A stretch of 64,000 bases of DNA, taken from contig OZ242260.1 of NCBI GenBank assembly GCA_965207065.1, positions 4,352,001-4,416,000 on the forward strand, read 5' to 3'. The translations under genes were made by a program, and so were the position numbers. Below, piece by piece: positions 63,302-64,000 of this stretch. This DNA is from a bacterium (GTDB taxonomy: Bacteria; UBA8248). The notes under the pieces are model-generated. The model did no database searches. It was not told the DNA's origin and saw nothing but the letters and a program-made list of their open reading frames with translations. Every line of letters begins with the position of its first letter. Position 1 is the stretch's first letter.

Positions 63302-64000
63302 ATGAGAAACGCAAACGGCGCATGCTTGCTGCTCGAAACCCTGCTCGACGAGGGAGTCACGCACCTGTTCGGGAACCCGGGCACGACGGAGCTTCCCCTG
63401 ATGGACGCGCTGGTGAACGAGGAGCGGCTCGAGTTCATCCTAACGCTGCACGAGGGCGTGGCCATATCGGCGGCTGAAGGATACGGCCTGAGCACGGGGA
63501 GACCGGCGGCCATCAACCTCCATGTGGCGCCCGGCCTCGGCAACGCGATGGGCCTTCTCTACAACGCCAAGCGCTCGGGCGCGCCCATGCTCGTCACCGC
63601 CGGGAACCAGCCCCAGAGCGGACATTTTCAGGAAATCATCCTCTACGACGACCTCGCGCGCATGGCGGAGCCCCTCGTGAAGTGGTCGTACGAGGTGCGC
63701 CGCGTCGAGGACCTGGAACAGGCCGTGCGGCGCGCCGTCAAGGTGTCCATGACGCCGCCGACGGGGCCGGTCTTCCTCTCCCTGCCCGGAGACGTCATGC
63801 TGGCCGCAGCCTCAGAATTGCAGGAAAAGCCCACGCGCATCCACACGCGCTTCGCCGCGTCGGCGGAGTCCATCGAGGCGGCGGCCGCGCTCATCGCAAA
63901 AGCCGAGCGGCCCTGCATCGTCGCGGGTTCCGGCGTCGCGCACTCGGGTGCGCTGGAGGAAGCGGCGCGCTTCGCCGAGCAAATCGGCGCCAAAGCGTAT
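63302..64000 (+). CDS. Thiamine pyrophosphate-binding protein (benzoylformate decarboxylase-like), runs off window
   Basis: Manual translation: MRNANG..LLETLLDEGVTHLFGNPGTTELP...LHEGVA...LHVAPGLGN. Confidence 0.9.
   Translation, partial: MRNANGACLLLETLLDEGVTHLFGNPGTTELPLMDALVNEERLEFILTLHEGVAISAAEGYGLSTGRPAAINLHVAPGLGNAMGLLYNAKRSGAPMLVTAGNQPQSGHFQEIILYDDLARMAEPLVKWSYEVRRVEDLEQAVRRAVKVSMTPPTGPVFLSLPGDVMLAAASELQEKPTRIHTRFAASAESIEAAAALIAKAERPCIVAGSGVAHSGALEEAARFAEQIGAKAY

Overview
GC-rich bacterial chromosomal window with mostly metabolic and envelope genes: partial Y-family polymerase, msrA, thrC, kdsA-pyrG-kdsB with an LPS/EPS glycosyltransferase cluster, moeB-like, nth, tRNA-Arg(CCG), chrA, and tandem paralogue arrays. 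It also carries a giant autotransporter-like protein with a eukaryote-type SRCR domain, which hints at an animal-associated lifestyle. The standout is an AT-rich cassette at about 40700-42810. It has a sigma70-like promoter, a ~440-nt structured leader, a 106-aa orphan ORF, an XRE-HTH gene and a retron-type reverse transcriptase (NAxxH and VTG motifs, atypical WVDD core). This layout matches type VI-like retrons. The orphan ORF folds into long hairpins and pairs, via a perfect 13-bp inverted repeat, with the leader, which also holds a strong-SD 4-codon mini-ORF. This suggests a hybrid ncRNA/mRNA with translational control of a putative effector. All calls come from reading motifs by eye; no searches or folding programs were run.
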